From Verrucomicrobiota bacterium (GTDB taxonomy: Bacteria; Verrucomicrobiota; Verrucomicrobiia; Limisphaerales; AAA164-E04), in the NCBI GenBank assembly GCA_047947115.1, contig CP170459.1, positions 2,368,001 to 2,432,000 of the forward strand: a stretch of 64,000 nucleotides of DNA, in the 5' to 3' direction. The position numbers and the translations under genes are program-made. Below, in pieces: positions 29,085 through 38,061 of the stretch (position 1 is its first letter; each line of letters opens with the position of its first letter). The notes below the pieces were generated by a model. It had not been told where the DNA came from. It searched no databases and saw only the letters and a list, made by a program, of their open reading frames with translations.

Positions 29085-30680
29085 TTAAGCTTCGATTGGT
29101 TTGGTTGATTGTGTTTTGGGTTTGTCGGGAAAGAGTAGCGAGCCTGCGACAAACACGACCATGGTGAAAGCCACTGTCATCAACCCGACTTCATCTCCGC
29201 TGAGGTATTGAACATCTTCGTTCGTTTTAGGATCCACCCACTTGAGTCCAACCAAACGTTGCACGGGGTCCAGTCCCAGCAATGCCGTCATTCCGCTCAG
29301 CAAAGCGAGAAAAGCCCCTGTGGAGCTGGCTCCTTTCCAGTATAGCCCGCCAATCAGAAGTGAAAATGCCCCGGTGAAATATATGGCCCCTGTCACTGCC
29401 ATGTAATCCCAGATGTCGTCGCCTCCCTCATAGATGAGGCCCCAATAAAGGATGTACAATCCAATGACCACAATCAGAATGCGCGTCCACTTGATGCGGC
29501 TGGCGGTTGAAAAATTCTTGCCCCGGATGGGCGCGATGATGTCCTGGGTGATGACCGAACTCCAGCAGAGCAGATAGCTGTCATGAGTGGACATGAAGGC
29601 TGCGATCATGGCGGCGGTGATGATGCCGATGAGCCCGACGGGTAAAACGCGTCCGAGAAAGATCGGCATGGCGTAGAGATTGTTGACGGGTTCCACATTC
29701 GGATCGGTCGGAAGGAAAAGTTCCTGCAGATCAGGTGCGCTGGTTGTGAAATATACCAACGCACAGATGCCCCAGAAATATGGAATGATAAACCGGATCA
29801 TGAAGGAGAGGGAGGACCACATGTATTGTTTCTTGACCGCCTTGGTGCTTTCCATGGCCAGGGCGCGTGCGACCGCTGTGGGCCAGATGGCGCAACTGAC
29901 CAGTCCTGCGGTGAAAAACATCCATGCCACATAAGACCACCCAAACCCGCTGCCTTCCATCAGCGGATTGAAACCTTCTTCACCTTTTAATTCCTGCACC
30001 GTGTTGACAATGTTTTCCCATCCCAGTTGGTTCAGGCACACAACGGTTGCCGCCAGGATGCCGAAAGACAGAACGACGAATTGAATGTAATCCGTAACGA
30101 TCACGGAAATCATGCCACCCATGACGGTGTAAACGAGCACCAATGCCAGCAGCACCGTCATGACGGCAGGTAACGCCCGGCTGTCCTGCGACATGCCAGT
30201 AATGCCCACCACAAACATGGATCCCACCTTGAGGAAAAGCCCCATATTCAGGATGCCGCCAAACGCCAGCATCACTCCTCCAAGGATACGTGTCTTGCGA
30301 TCAAACCGTCTTTCATAAAACTCAGGGATTGTAAGGACTTTCAGGTCGCGCAATCGGCAGACAATAAATCCGGTGGCTCCGACAATGAACGTTACGATTG
30401 CCGCCGCGAGAGCGATGTGAAACGCGGCAAAACCTCCTGTAAACCCCTTCTGTGAACTGTACATCACCGTGATCAAACCCATCTCCGTCCCGGTCATGGT
30501 GGCGATCCCCAAACAGGTGCCTATGGCTCGGCCTGCGCCCAGGTAAGTCGTCATGTTTCGGACGTATTTCTTCACAAACAACCCGATCAAGACCGAGATG
30601 GACAAATAAAGTACCACCAAAATCCAGTCCAATGTGCTGAAATTGGTATGGCTCAGTGCCTCTGTAAAAGAATTTTCCAT
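29085..30680 (-). CDS. Sodium:solute symporter family protein
   Basis: Start MENSF; TIPEFYERRF, GGMISVIVTD, AAFMSTHDS; about 13 TM helices. Confidence 0.9.
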   Translation of the reverse strand: MENSFTEALSHTNFSTLDWILVVLYLSISVLIGLFVKKYVRNMTTYLGAGRAIGTCLGIATMTGTEMGLITVMYSSQKGFTGGFAAFHIALAAAIVTFIVGATGFIVCRLRDLKVLTIPEFYERRFDRKTRILGGVMLAFGGILNMGLFLKVGSMFVVGITGMSQDSRALPAVMTVLLALVLVYTVMGGMISVIVTDYIQFVVLSFGILAATVVCLNQLGWENIVNTVQELKGEEGFNPLMEGSGFGWSYVAWMFFTAGLVSCAIWPTAVARALAMESTKAVKKQYMWSSLSFMIRFIIPYFWGICALVYFTTSAPDLQELFLPTDPNVEPVNNLYAMPIFLGRVLPVGLIGIITAAMIAAFMSTHDSYLLCWSSVITQDIIAPIRGKNFSTASRIKWTRILIVVIGLYILYWGLIYEGGDDIWDYMAVTGAIYFTGAFSLLIGGLYWKGASSTGAFLALLSGMTALLGLDPVQRLVGLKWVDPKTNEDVQYLSGDEVGLMTVAFTMVVFVAGSLLFPDKPKTQSTKPIEA

Positions 30681-30941
30681 GGTGATTGGGGGGCATTGTT
30701 CATGGTTTGGGCGATATATACCAGCCTGATTTTTGGAAGAAAAAGCCACCACGGTTTTAAAAGGCGTGAGCTTTGATTTCGTGGATGTGTTTTTCAACGC
30801 AGGGTGTGGTGATTTGTTCGTTATAACGGGACTTTCACAGTCATCTTGGATCATTTTCGTGAAAACAGGCATTGAATATGCTGACTTCAATCGGATTTGC
30901 GTGAAGTTGCATCTTGGTTTATCACAAACAACGAGAAGATC

Positions 30942-31550
30942 ATGAACACAAGGATGATGCCAAAGACCGGTCAAAAGGCGGGACTCGGGGGGATGACCAT
31001 GATTGAAATCCTGGTAGTGATGGCGATCATCGCCATTCTGGCCGCCATGTTGTTACCTGCGGCAGGGAATGCAATGGAACATGCTCGCAGGACGGTATGC
31101 CGTCATAATTTGAGGCAGGTGCACTTGCTGGTGATGGCTCATGCCTCTGAGAATGGCGGTCTGCTGCCGATGGCTCAGGGCATGATGCCAGGTCAGCCTC
31201 TACCTTTGGGGCAGCCGATGCGCATTATTGCGCAGGCCATATCCACAGGGCCCGAAGAAAAAGTGATGCATTGTCCGAGCGATCGGCGGAAGTTTGCTTC
31301 CGGCCAGAGTGATTTCAGTTTTTACTGGAATGGAAAATCGTTAGGGCAGCGGACCGATCTCCTGCTTTCATCCAGCCGTCTGGCCAGTGAGAAATGGTTT
31401 TGGCATGATCGGTCCCAGCCGAAACGCTATCAATACACAACGACCTACCTGGGCAAAGCCACCACGCTGTTGGGGGACGGCAGCACGCATTATGAGAACG
31501 TGCCGTTGCCGTTGCTGACAAATCGAGTTGAGGCTTCCGGCAATGATTAG
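30942..31550 (+). CDS. Prepilin-type N-methylation protein (DUF1559-like)
   Basis: [41 protein letters not shown]. Confidence 0.85.
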   Translation: MNTRMMPKTGQKAGLGGMTMIEILVVMAIIAILAAMLLPAAGNAMEHARRTVCRHNLRQVHLLVMAHASENGGLLPMAQGMMPGQPLPLGQPMRIIAQAISTGPEEKVMHCPSDRRKFASGQSDFSFYWNGKSLGQRTDLLLSSSRLASEKWFWHDRSQPKRYQYTTTYLGKATTLLGDGSTHYENVPLPLLTNRVEASGND

Positions 31551-31619
31551 GAGCGGGCAGCAGCTTTTTTTGATTGAACAATTACAGGTAATCCAAAGAA
31601 TACCGATGGAAACGAATCA

Positions 31620-33985
31620 ATGGAAGTGGATAACCATGAGAACAGGGGTGAGGTCTCTCAGGCGAGTTTGACGGGATGGAAGGCAGATCCCAATCTTCTC
31701 GGCATGATGGATGCCGCCGAGCTTGGTTTTTTATTGTTGGATACGAAGCTCAAGATTCGCTTTTTTCCAGTCAGGCATTGGAAATCTACACCATTGAAGA
31801 AAGGGATATCGGAAACGATTTCTTTAAAATTGCCGCCCGAATTCCTCAGGACGATTCACTTGAATTAGCGACCTTGGCGTTGCAAGCAGGTAAAAAGATC
31901 AGGGAAAAGAAAGTCACCATTTCCAATGGCAAGGTTTACCTGAGGCGCGTCTTCCCATACCGGGCCAAGGATGGTGAAATGTTGGGAGTCTTGCTCAGTT
32001 TCACTGAAATCAGCCAACTTGACCACACGGAAACAGCGGCACGATTGAATGCCGAGCGTTTGAAGATTGCCACCGAAACGGCGAAGGTCGGCATCTGGGA
32101 GTGGTATCTTGACTCCGGAAAGGTTCATTGGAATGCGGAAATGTTTTCCATCTACGGAATTTCTCAAACGCCTGACAGTTTTGTTCGGTATCAGGACTGG
32201 AGTCAAAGCGTGCTTCCCGAAGATTTGCCGAAGCAGGAAGAAATCTTAAAGAACATCAGGGAAAATGGGGAAAGTGTGGAACGCGTGTTCCGCATCAAGC
32301 GCAGGAGCGACGGATCCATCCGTACGGTCATGGCGGTCGAAACCATCAAAAAGGACGCCAATGGCAACAACATTTCCATGGTCGGCATCAATCGTGACAT
32401 CACCGAACAACTTTCAGGTTTCAAGAGAGATGCCTTATTGACAGCCATAGTTGAAAACTCGATTGATGGAATCCTGACCAAAGATCTGAACGGGAGGATT
32501 ACAAGCTGGAATGCCGGAGCCACCAAGATTCTTCAGTATTCCAAGGAAGAAATTATTGGAAAGAATGTGAGGGAGCTGATTCCCGACTCCAGACGTGGTG
32601 AGGAAGATAGCATCGTCAACATCATTCAATCCGGTAAATCCCTGACGAATTATCACACGCAGCGGCTTTGCAAGAACGGCGCGGTCACCGAAGTGTCCAT
32701 CAGCGTCTTTCCCATCCACACACGTGACGGGAAAATTGAATCCATTGCTTCCATCATTCGTGATACCACCGATACACGTCGCATCGAGCGTAAACTTCAG
32801 GAAGCTGACAAGTTTGAAAGTCTGGGTGTTCTCGCCGGAGGCATTGCCCATGAGTTCAATAATTTGCTGACTGGGATTCTGGCGAATGTGGGGATGGCAC
32901 AAAGAGAAATTCAGGCCTGTCCTCAGGCAGCGGAATCTCTTGGTGAAATCCGCGCATCTGCGCGTCAGGCTGCGGATCTGTGTTTGCAGATGCTGACCTA
33001 TGCCGGCAAAACGGATTATGAATTCGTAGCGGTGGAGTTGTGTGATCTTGCCCGGGATGTGGTGAAATTTCTCGGACGATCCATCCATCGCAACATACAG
33101 ATTGAATTGACCAACGATGACGGAAAGCACGTCGTGATGGGGGATGCTGTCAAGATTAGGCAAATACTTGTCGACCTCATGTTGAATGCAGCCGAATCCA
33201 TCGGTTCAAGTGGCGGAAAAATCACCATCAAACTGAAGGAAGAAACACTGAAGGAAGATGAGATCGGAGAGCTGCGACTCGGGTATCGACTGAAACCCGG
33301 CATATACGCTTCTGTTTCCATTAGTGATAATGGGTGCGGGATGACACCCAAGCAGTTGGAGCATATTTTTGATCCGTTTTTCTCAACGAAATTTACCGGC
33401 AGAGGATTGGGGTTGCCAACAGTCCGGGGCATTTTGACAGCGCATCACGGGGCTCTAAAGGTGCAATCCGAGAGTGGTGTCGGGACCACTTTTACTGTGT
33501 TGTTACCTCATCAAGCGACCTCCGAAAAGAAAGTGTCGATGATTCCGACCCCAAAGCCCCATCCCGGCAAAGCTCAGAGCAAAGAGGCGATCCATCCATC
33601 AAGTCTCCCGGGTAAAGGCAAAGTATTCGTGATCGATGATCTTGTCATGATTCGAAGGGCTTTGAAGCGCCTGCTTGGCAAGCTGGGTTTTGATGAGGTT
33701 TTGGTTGCTGAAGACGGGGAAACCGGCTTTGAGCTCTACAAGGAACACGCCAAAGATCTGCGCATCGTATTTCTTGACCTGGTGATGCCGGGGTGGGATG
33801 GCGCGGCGACATTTGGAGCATTGCATGCTTATGATCCGGACATTCCCGTTGTCGTGATGAGTGGTTACGTCGAAGAACAGGTTGAAGAGTCTTTTAAGGG
33901 GGGGGAGTTGCCTGCCGGATTTTTGCAGAAACCTTTCGATGAGGATTTGGTTAAATCATGCCTCGAATTGGCAAGGCAACCATAG
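31620..33985 (+). CDS. Hybrid multi-PAS sensor histidine kinase / response regulator (frameshift at T6 run 31761-31766)
   Basis: PAS domains, AHEFNNLL H-box, DNGCGM, FFSTKFTGRGLGL, receiver domain DLVMP...KPF; the N-terminal 31620 ORF joins with one extra T. Confidence 0.88.
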
Positions 33986-34091
33986 CTCGAATGGGGCGAC
34001 TTTCCTTGAATGTTCGTTCATTCAAATTGTATATTCCCTGAAATTCTCCCTCGACTCTTATCTCCCGATCGGTTTTATAATGCGCTCAACC

Positions 34092-35558
34092 ATGAGTACG
34101 CCATTTTTCCGAAAGAACGATTCTTCGCCATTTCGGCAGTCGCCCGTTACCCGGCGTCGTATGTTGCAATCTGTTGCCTGCGGTTTTGGTGGGCTGGCAT
34201 TTTCTGGCATGCGTGCCGATTTGCGCGCTGGCACCCATCAAATTGAAAATCCTCTGGTCCCATTGACCACTCACGTCCCGGCCCGGGCCAAGCGTGTTAT
34301 CTTTCTTTTCATGCAGGGTGGGCCCAGCCATGTGGACACCTTTGATTACAAGCCAAAGCTCTTTGCCAGTCACCAGCAGGAAGTGGATATCCTTGGATAC
34401 CGGTTCAATAATTTCAGGAAAGCCACCAGGCAGGTGATGATGAAGCCGCTCTGGGACTTTCAAAAACATGGTCAAACCGGCAAGTCGGTTTCGTCCCTTT
34501 TTCCCGAAGTGGCGAAACATGTGGATGATCTGTGCTTTATTCACAGCATGCACACCGAAGGCGTGGCGCACGGACCTTCCACGCTTTTTCTGCACACCGG
34601 GTCGGTGAACACCGTGCGTCCCTCGGTTGGAAGCTGGATCAGTTACGGGCTTGGTACGGAAAACGCCGACATGCCCTCATTTGTCACCATCTGCCCGACA
34701 GCGCGCATGGGCGGACCTCAGAATTACGGTAATGCCTTTCTGCCTGCCATTCATCAAGGAACTCCCATAGGTAAGGCCGAACAACCGGTCTCCGAAGTTG
34801 GAATCAAGGATATTGTCAACCCCCGGTTGAATGCCGAAGAGCAATTGAAGCGATTCCAACTGCTTCAGGCTCTGAACCGGACACAACTCGCACAGAGTCC
34901 TTCCAACGATAATATGGAAGCAAATCTGAATGCATTTGAACTGGCGTTTCGCATGCAGATGACGGCTCCCGGTTTGATGGATATTTCCAACGAACCCGAG
35001 TCCGTGTTGAAACGTTACGGCATCGGCGATAAAGCGACCGACAACTACGGACGTCAATGCCTGATGGCTAGAAAAATGGCGGAAGCAGGCGTGCGATACA
35101 TTCAGGTAAATTACAGTGATAACGATGGAGGCAACCCGCGTTGGGATCAACATTCCAACATGCCTCGCCATGAGCAACACGCCAGAGCCGTCGATAAACC
35201 CATCTCCGGATTGTTGTCCGACCTGAAATCGCGCGGTTTGCTGGAAGATACGTTGGTATGGTGGGGCGGGGAATTCGGAAGAACTCCTTTCTCACAGAAC
35301 AACAATGGCCGTGACCATAATCCGTTTGGTTTCACCGTCTGGCTTGCCGGTGGAGGGGTGAAGCCGGGTTTCAGCTATGGATCCAGCGATGAATACGGTT
35401 ACCAGGCGGTGGAAAACAAAGTTCACATGCATGACTTGCACGCCACTGTCCTTTACTTGTTGGGGCTGGAACATGAGAAACTGACATTTCGTCATGCTGG
35501 CCGCGATTATCGGTTGACCGACTTGTATGGAAACGTGATCAGGGACATCATTGCCTGA
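34092..35558 (+). CDS. DUF1501 domain protein with Tat signal
   Basis: TRRRML signal; IFLFMQGGPSHVDTFD, WDQH, GEFGRTP, GRDHNP, HDLHAT. Confidence 0.92.
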   Translation: MSTPFFRKNDSSPFRQSPVTRRRMLQSVACGFGGLAFSGMRADLRAGTHQIENPLVPLTTHVPARAKRVIFLFMQGGPSHVDTFDYKPKLFASHQQEVDILGYRFNNFRKATRQVMMKPLWDFQKHGQTGKSVSSLFPEVAKHVDDLCFIHSMHTEGVAHGPSTLFLHTGSVNTVRPSVGSWISYGLGTENADMPSFVTICPTARMGGPQNYGNAFLPAIHQGTPIGKAEQPVSEVGIKDIVNPRLNAEEQLKRFQLLQALNRTQLAQSPSNDNMEANLNAFELAFRMQMTAPGLMDISNEPESVLKRYGIGDKATDNYGRQCLMARKMAEAGVRYIQVNYSDNDGGNPRWDQHSNMPRHEQHARAVDKPISGLLSDLKSRGLLEDTLVWWGGEFGRTPFSQNNNGRDHNPFGFTVWLAGGGVKPGFSYGSSDEYGYQAVENKVHMHDLHATVLYLLGLEHEKLTFRHAGRDYRLTDLYGNVIRDIIA

Positions 35559-35580
35559 TCAGATATCACAGGAAGATAAA

Positions 35581-35763
35581 ATGTCCGATGCCGAACAACA
35601 GACGCCTCCGTCACAAAGCGAACCCGCCAGACCCGTTGAAGTCGATCCTGACGGTGAGTATTGGAAATACTGTGCCCGTTGCGGACACGAACTACACAAC
35701 CACAAATGCAAACTCATCTGCCCGACCTGTGGCTACTTCATGAGTTGCTCGGATTTTGATTAA
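35581..35763 (+). CDS. Small CPxCG-type zinc-finger protein
   Basis: CARCG...CKLICPTCGYFMSCSDF; 60 aa. Confidence 0.75.
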   Translation: MSDAEQQTPPSQSEPARPVEVDPDGEYWKYCARCGHELHNHKCKLICPTCGYFMSCSDFD

Positions 35764-35772
35764 GTATCACCT

Positions 35773-36663
35773 ATGCTGATGAATCGCATGTTATGTTTGC
35801 TTTTGGGTGCCTCTGCCTTGTTGATTGCGCCTGACATCAGGAGCGGTGAGCCGTCCCTGACCGGGGTTTCTCAGCCGCAGCGTGACCGGCATGTAGAAGC
35901 CAGGCTGTTGAGCGAGCAAACCCATTTGGCTCCTGGGGAATCCTGGTGGGTGGCATTGGAATTGAAACACGATCCGACCTGGCACACCTATTGGATCAAC
36001 GGGGGAGACGCAGGGGTGGCCACGACCATCAATTGGCAACTGCCCGAAGGCGTCACAGCCGGCCCCATCCAATGGGAGGTGCCACAAATCGTCAAGATGC
36101 TCCAATTGGACGTTTACGGATACGAGGGCATCTGCATGCTTCTCGTCCAATTGAAGGCACATCCCGAAGCCCGTCTTCCCGAGACATTTGAAATCCATGC
36201 AGATGTCAACTGGATGATGTGCTCCCGAACATGCATGCTGGGCAAGGGCGTTCAACTGAACTTGACGATGGGGCGAGCAGACGATTCCCAAAGCTTACCC
36301 CAGTCCCCGTGGGCGGATTTGGTGCGGCAGGCCGTCCTGCGCCTGCCTGCCACCGCGCCTAAAGACATGTTCAGCGCCGGTTACGACGCCGCTCAAAATG
36401 TGTTTCAGTTGATATGGAAGGCTTTTCCTGGCGAACACGAAATCCTGGAAGTCTACTACTTTGACACTACCGAGCAAATTACATCCAATCAACCACAGGT
36501 CTGGACCCAAGTGGAAGAGGGATGGCAGTTGGCGCTTCCGCGTGCATCTTATGCCCCGCAAACTTTCGATCGATTGAAGGGGGTTTTACGTTGGAAAGAG
36601 GTGGGGGCAGATACATCCTACCGCTGGCTCGCCATCGATACTCCCGTCATTTCAAGGGAATAG
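35773..36663 (+). CDS. DsbD N-terminal-domain (protein-disulfide reductase) secreted protein
   Basis: Signal peptide; WHTYWINGGDAG, IQWEVP, YGYEG, WMMCSRTC. Confidence 0.85.
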   Translation: MLMNRMLCLLLGASALLIAPDIRSGEPSLTGVSQPQRDRHVEARLLSEQTHLAPGESWWVALELKHDPTWHTYWINGGDAGVATTINWQLPEGVTAGPIQWEVPQIVKMLQLDVYGYEGICMLLVQLKAHPEARLPETFEIHADVNWMMCSRTCMLGKGVQLNLTMGRADDSQSLPQSPWADLVRQAVLRLPATAPKDMFSAGYDAAQNVFQLIWKAFPGEHEILEVYYFDTTEQITSNQPQVWTQVEEGWQLALPRASYAPQTFDRLKGVLRWKEVGADTSYRWLAIDTPVISRE

Positions 36664-36683
36664 CAAAGAGACGCTGAACTCCG

Positions 36684-36923
36684 TTAAGACCTCAAAGCCC
36701 GAACTTGTTGCAGGATATCGTTCGGATCAGGAAATTGACCTGTCGACTTTTTACTATAGATCAGTTGATCGTTTACGGTCACTTCAAACAAACCTCCACT
36801 CTCAGGGATTAATGTGAGCGAGGTGATGTCTTGTTTGAGTTTCATGAGTTTCTCCGCCAGACCGACGGCTTTGGGCTCATAATTTCAAACGCTGCAATAC
36901 TGGATGGTAACTTTCAATCCCAT
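36684..36923 (-). CDS. SelW/SelT/SelH (Rdx) family selenoprotein, CxxU
   Basis: Not in ORF track: MGLKVTIQYCSV-U-NYEPKAVGLAEKL...LTLIPESGGLFEVTVNDQLIYSKKSTGQFPDPNDIL; TGA at 36885-36887 occupies the CxxU site; GGxFEV and GxFP Rdx motifs. Confidence 0.92.
36843..36881 (-). promoter_or_regulatory. Bacterial SECIS element of the Rdx selenoprotein
   Basis: UAUGAG/CUCAUG lower stem; GCCG-UCGGUC-UGGC upper stem-loop just 3' of the UGA. Confidence 0.75.
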
Positions 36924-37120
36924 GCGGAAAACTCTAATGATCCTGCCTCAATACGTCAAGGAACCCGGACGTTTACCCCGGACAGCCTGGGCCGCGTTGG
37001 TTACGACACTGCGCCGGATACACGAGAGAAATAGTGTGGTTTCCAGATACCTGATCCACGCCATGCCACCTTGCACAGCAATGATGCTGTCATCATGATA
37101 TCATGCTCAGGAGATGAACG

Positions 37121-37167
37121 AAAAAGCGGGTCTGCCCCCGTCGGTTTCGACGCGAGCAAACCCGCTT
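37121..37167 (-). terminator. Intrinsic terminator after the prepilin gene
   Basis: Minus strand AAGCGGGTTTGC..CGTCG-AAAC-CGACG..GCAGACCCGCTTTTT. Confidence 0.75.
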
Positions 37168-37182
37168 CTGCGAGATGTCTGA

Positions 37183-37905
37183 TTACCACCAGAAGGTGGG
37201 TTGACCGGTCGTTCGAACCACCATTTTATCAAAAGTCCGCCAACTGGCGTGTGAGTCCATGAATAACACATTGCCTCCGGATGGCAATTGACCTTGCAGG
37301 TGAGGTGAACGATGTGCTTCTTCCCAACCACCTCGTACTTCCGTGAAGTCGTTGCGGGTACGGTCGGTCATGTTTTCTCCGACCGAAAGGGTGGCGTCCG
37401 CTGCGATGGCCGCTTCAGTGGGGCCAATGGCATATTCGGATCCGTCCGGATTCTTGACCACTTTTTGTTGGATTTTCACGAACGTATTGGTCGCGATCAC
37501 ACGAGGTGAATCCTTGGTGGCGAAGGCAAATCCCAGCACTTTGAAGTTCGGGGTGAATGCCCACAACTCGTCCGAGTTCTGTTTGGCGAACGAAGGACAA
37601 TACAGGATGTTGCGTTCGAAACCGTATCCCAGCATGTTGGTAACAACCTGGGCCGGCATGTCCCATGGCCAGTTGCCACGTATGTTGTTGTACGACATCG
37701 GTGGCAGATTGTCATCCCAATCACCGGCATACATGTGACTTGCGATGCCCACTTGACGCAAGCTGCTCATGCAGGCCGTGCGCTTGGCCTTTTCCTTTGC
37801 TTTGGAAAGAGCCGGAAGCAACATGCCCGCCAGAATGGCGATGATGGCAATCACAACCAGCAACTCGATCAAGGTGAACGCCTTTTGTTTATTGAATGTT
37901 TTCAT
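37183..37905 (-). CDS. Prepilin-type N-methylation protein with H-X9-D(G/S) tail (DUF1559-like)
   Basis: [46 protein letters not shown]. Confidence 0.9.
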   Translation of the reverse strand: MKTFNKQKAFTLIELLVVIAIIAILAGMLLPALSKAKEKAKRTACMSSLRQVGIASHMYAGDWDDNLPPMSYNNIRGNWPWDMPAQVVTNMLGYGFERNILYCPSFAKQNSDELWAFTPNFKVLGFAFATKDSPRVIATNTFVKIQQKVVKNPDGSEYAIGPTEAAIAADATLSVGENMTDRTRNDFTEVRGGWEEAHRSPHLQGQLPSGGNVLFMDSHASWRTFDKMVVRTTGQPTFWW

Positions 37906-37963
37906 AATCGTTGGATTTGATTTGATGATGGAATCGTTTTGTAAACGGTTCCTGATAAGGAAA

Positions 37964-37990
37964 CATTCCAGGGGCAGAGCCCCTGGAATG
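37964..37990 (-). terminator. Hairpin between the LamG giant and the prepilin gene
   Basis: CATTCCAGGGG/CCCCTGGAATG 11-bp stem with only a short T tail; weak terminator or mRNA-stability hairpin. Confidence 0.6.
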
Positions 37991-38061
37991 CCGTGTGTTG
38001 TTCTTGTTGTTACTTACTCAAGTAAACTTAAGAATCCTCATGCTAGGAACGATATGATTGT

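Noticed and set aside
37094..37105. Palindrome CATGATATCATG upstream of the Rdx selenoprotein
   Set aside because: Single 12-bp palindrome about 170 bp from the start with no second copy seen; insufficient support.
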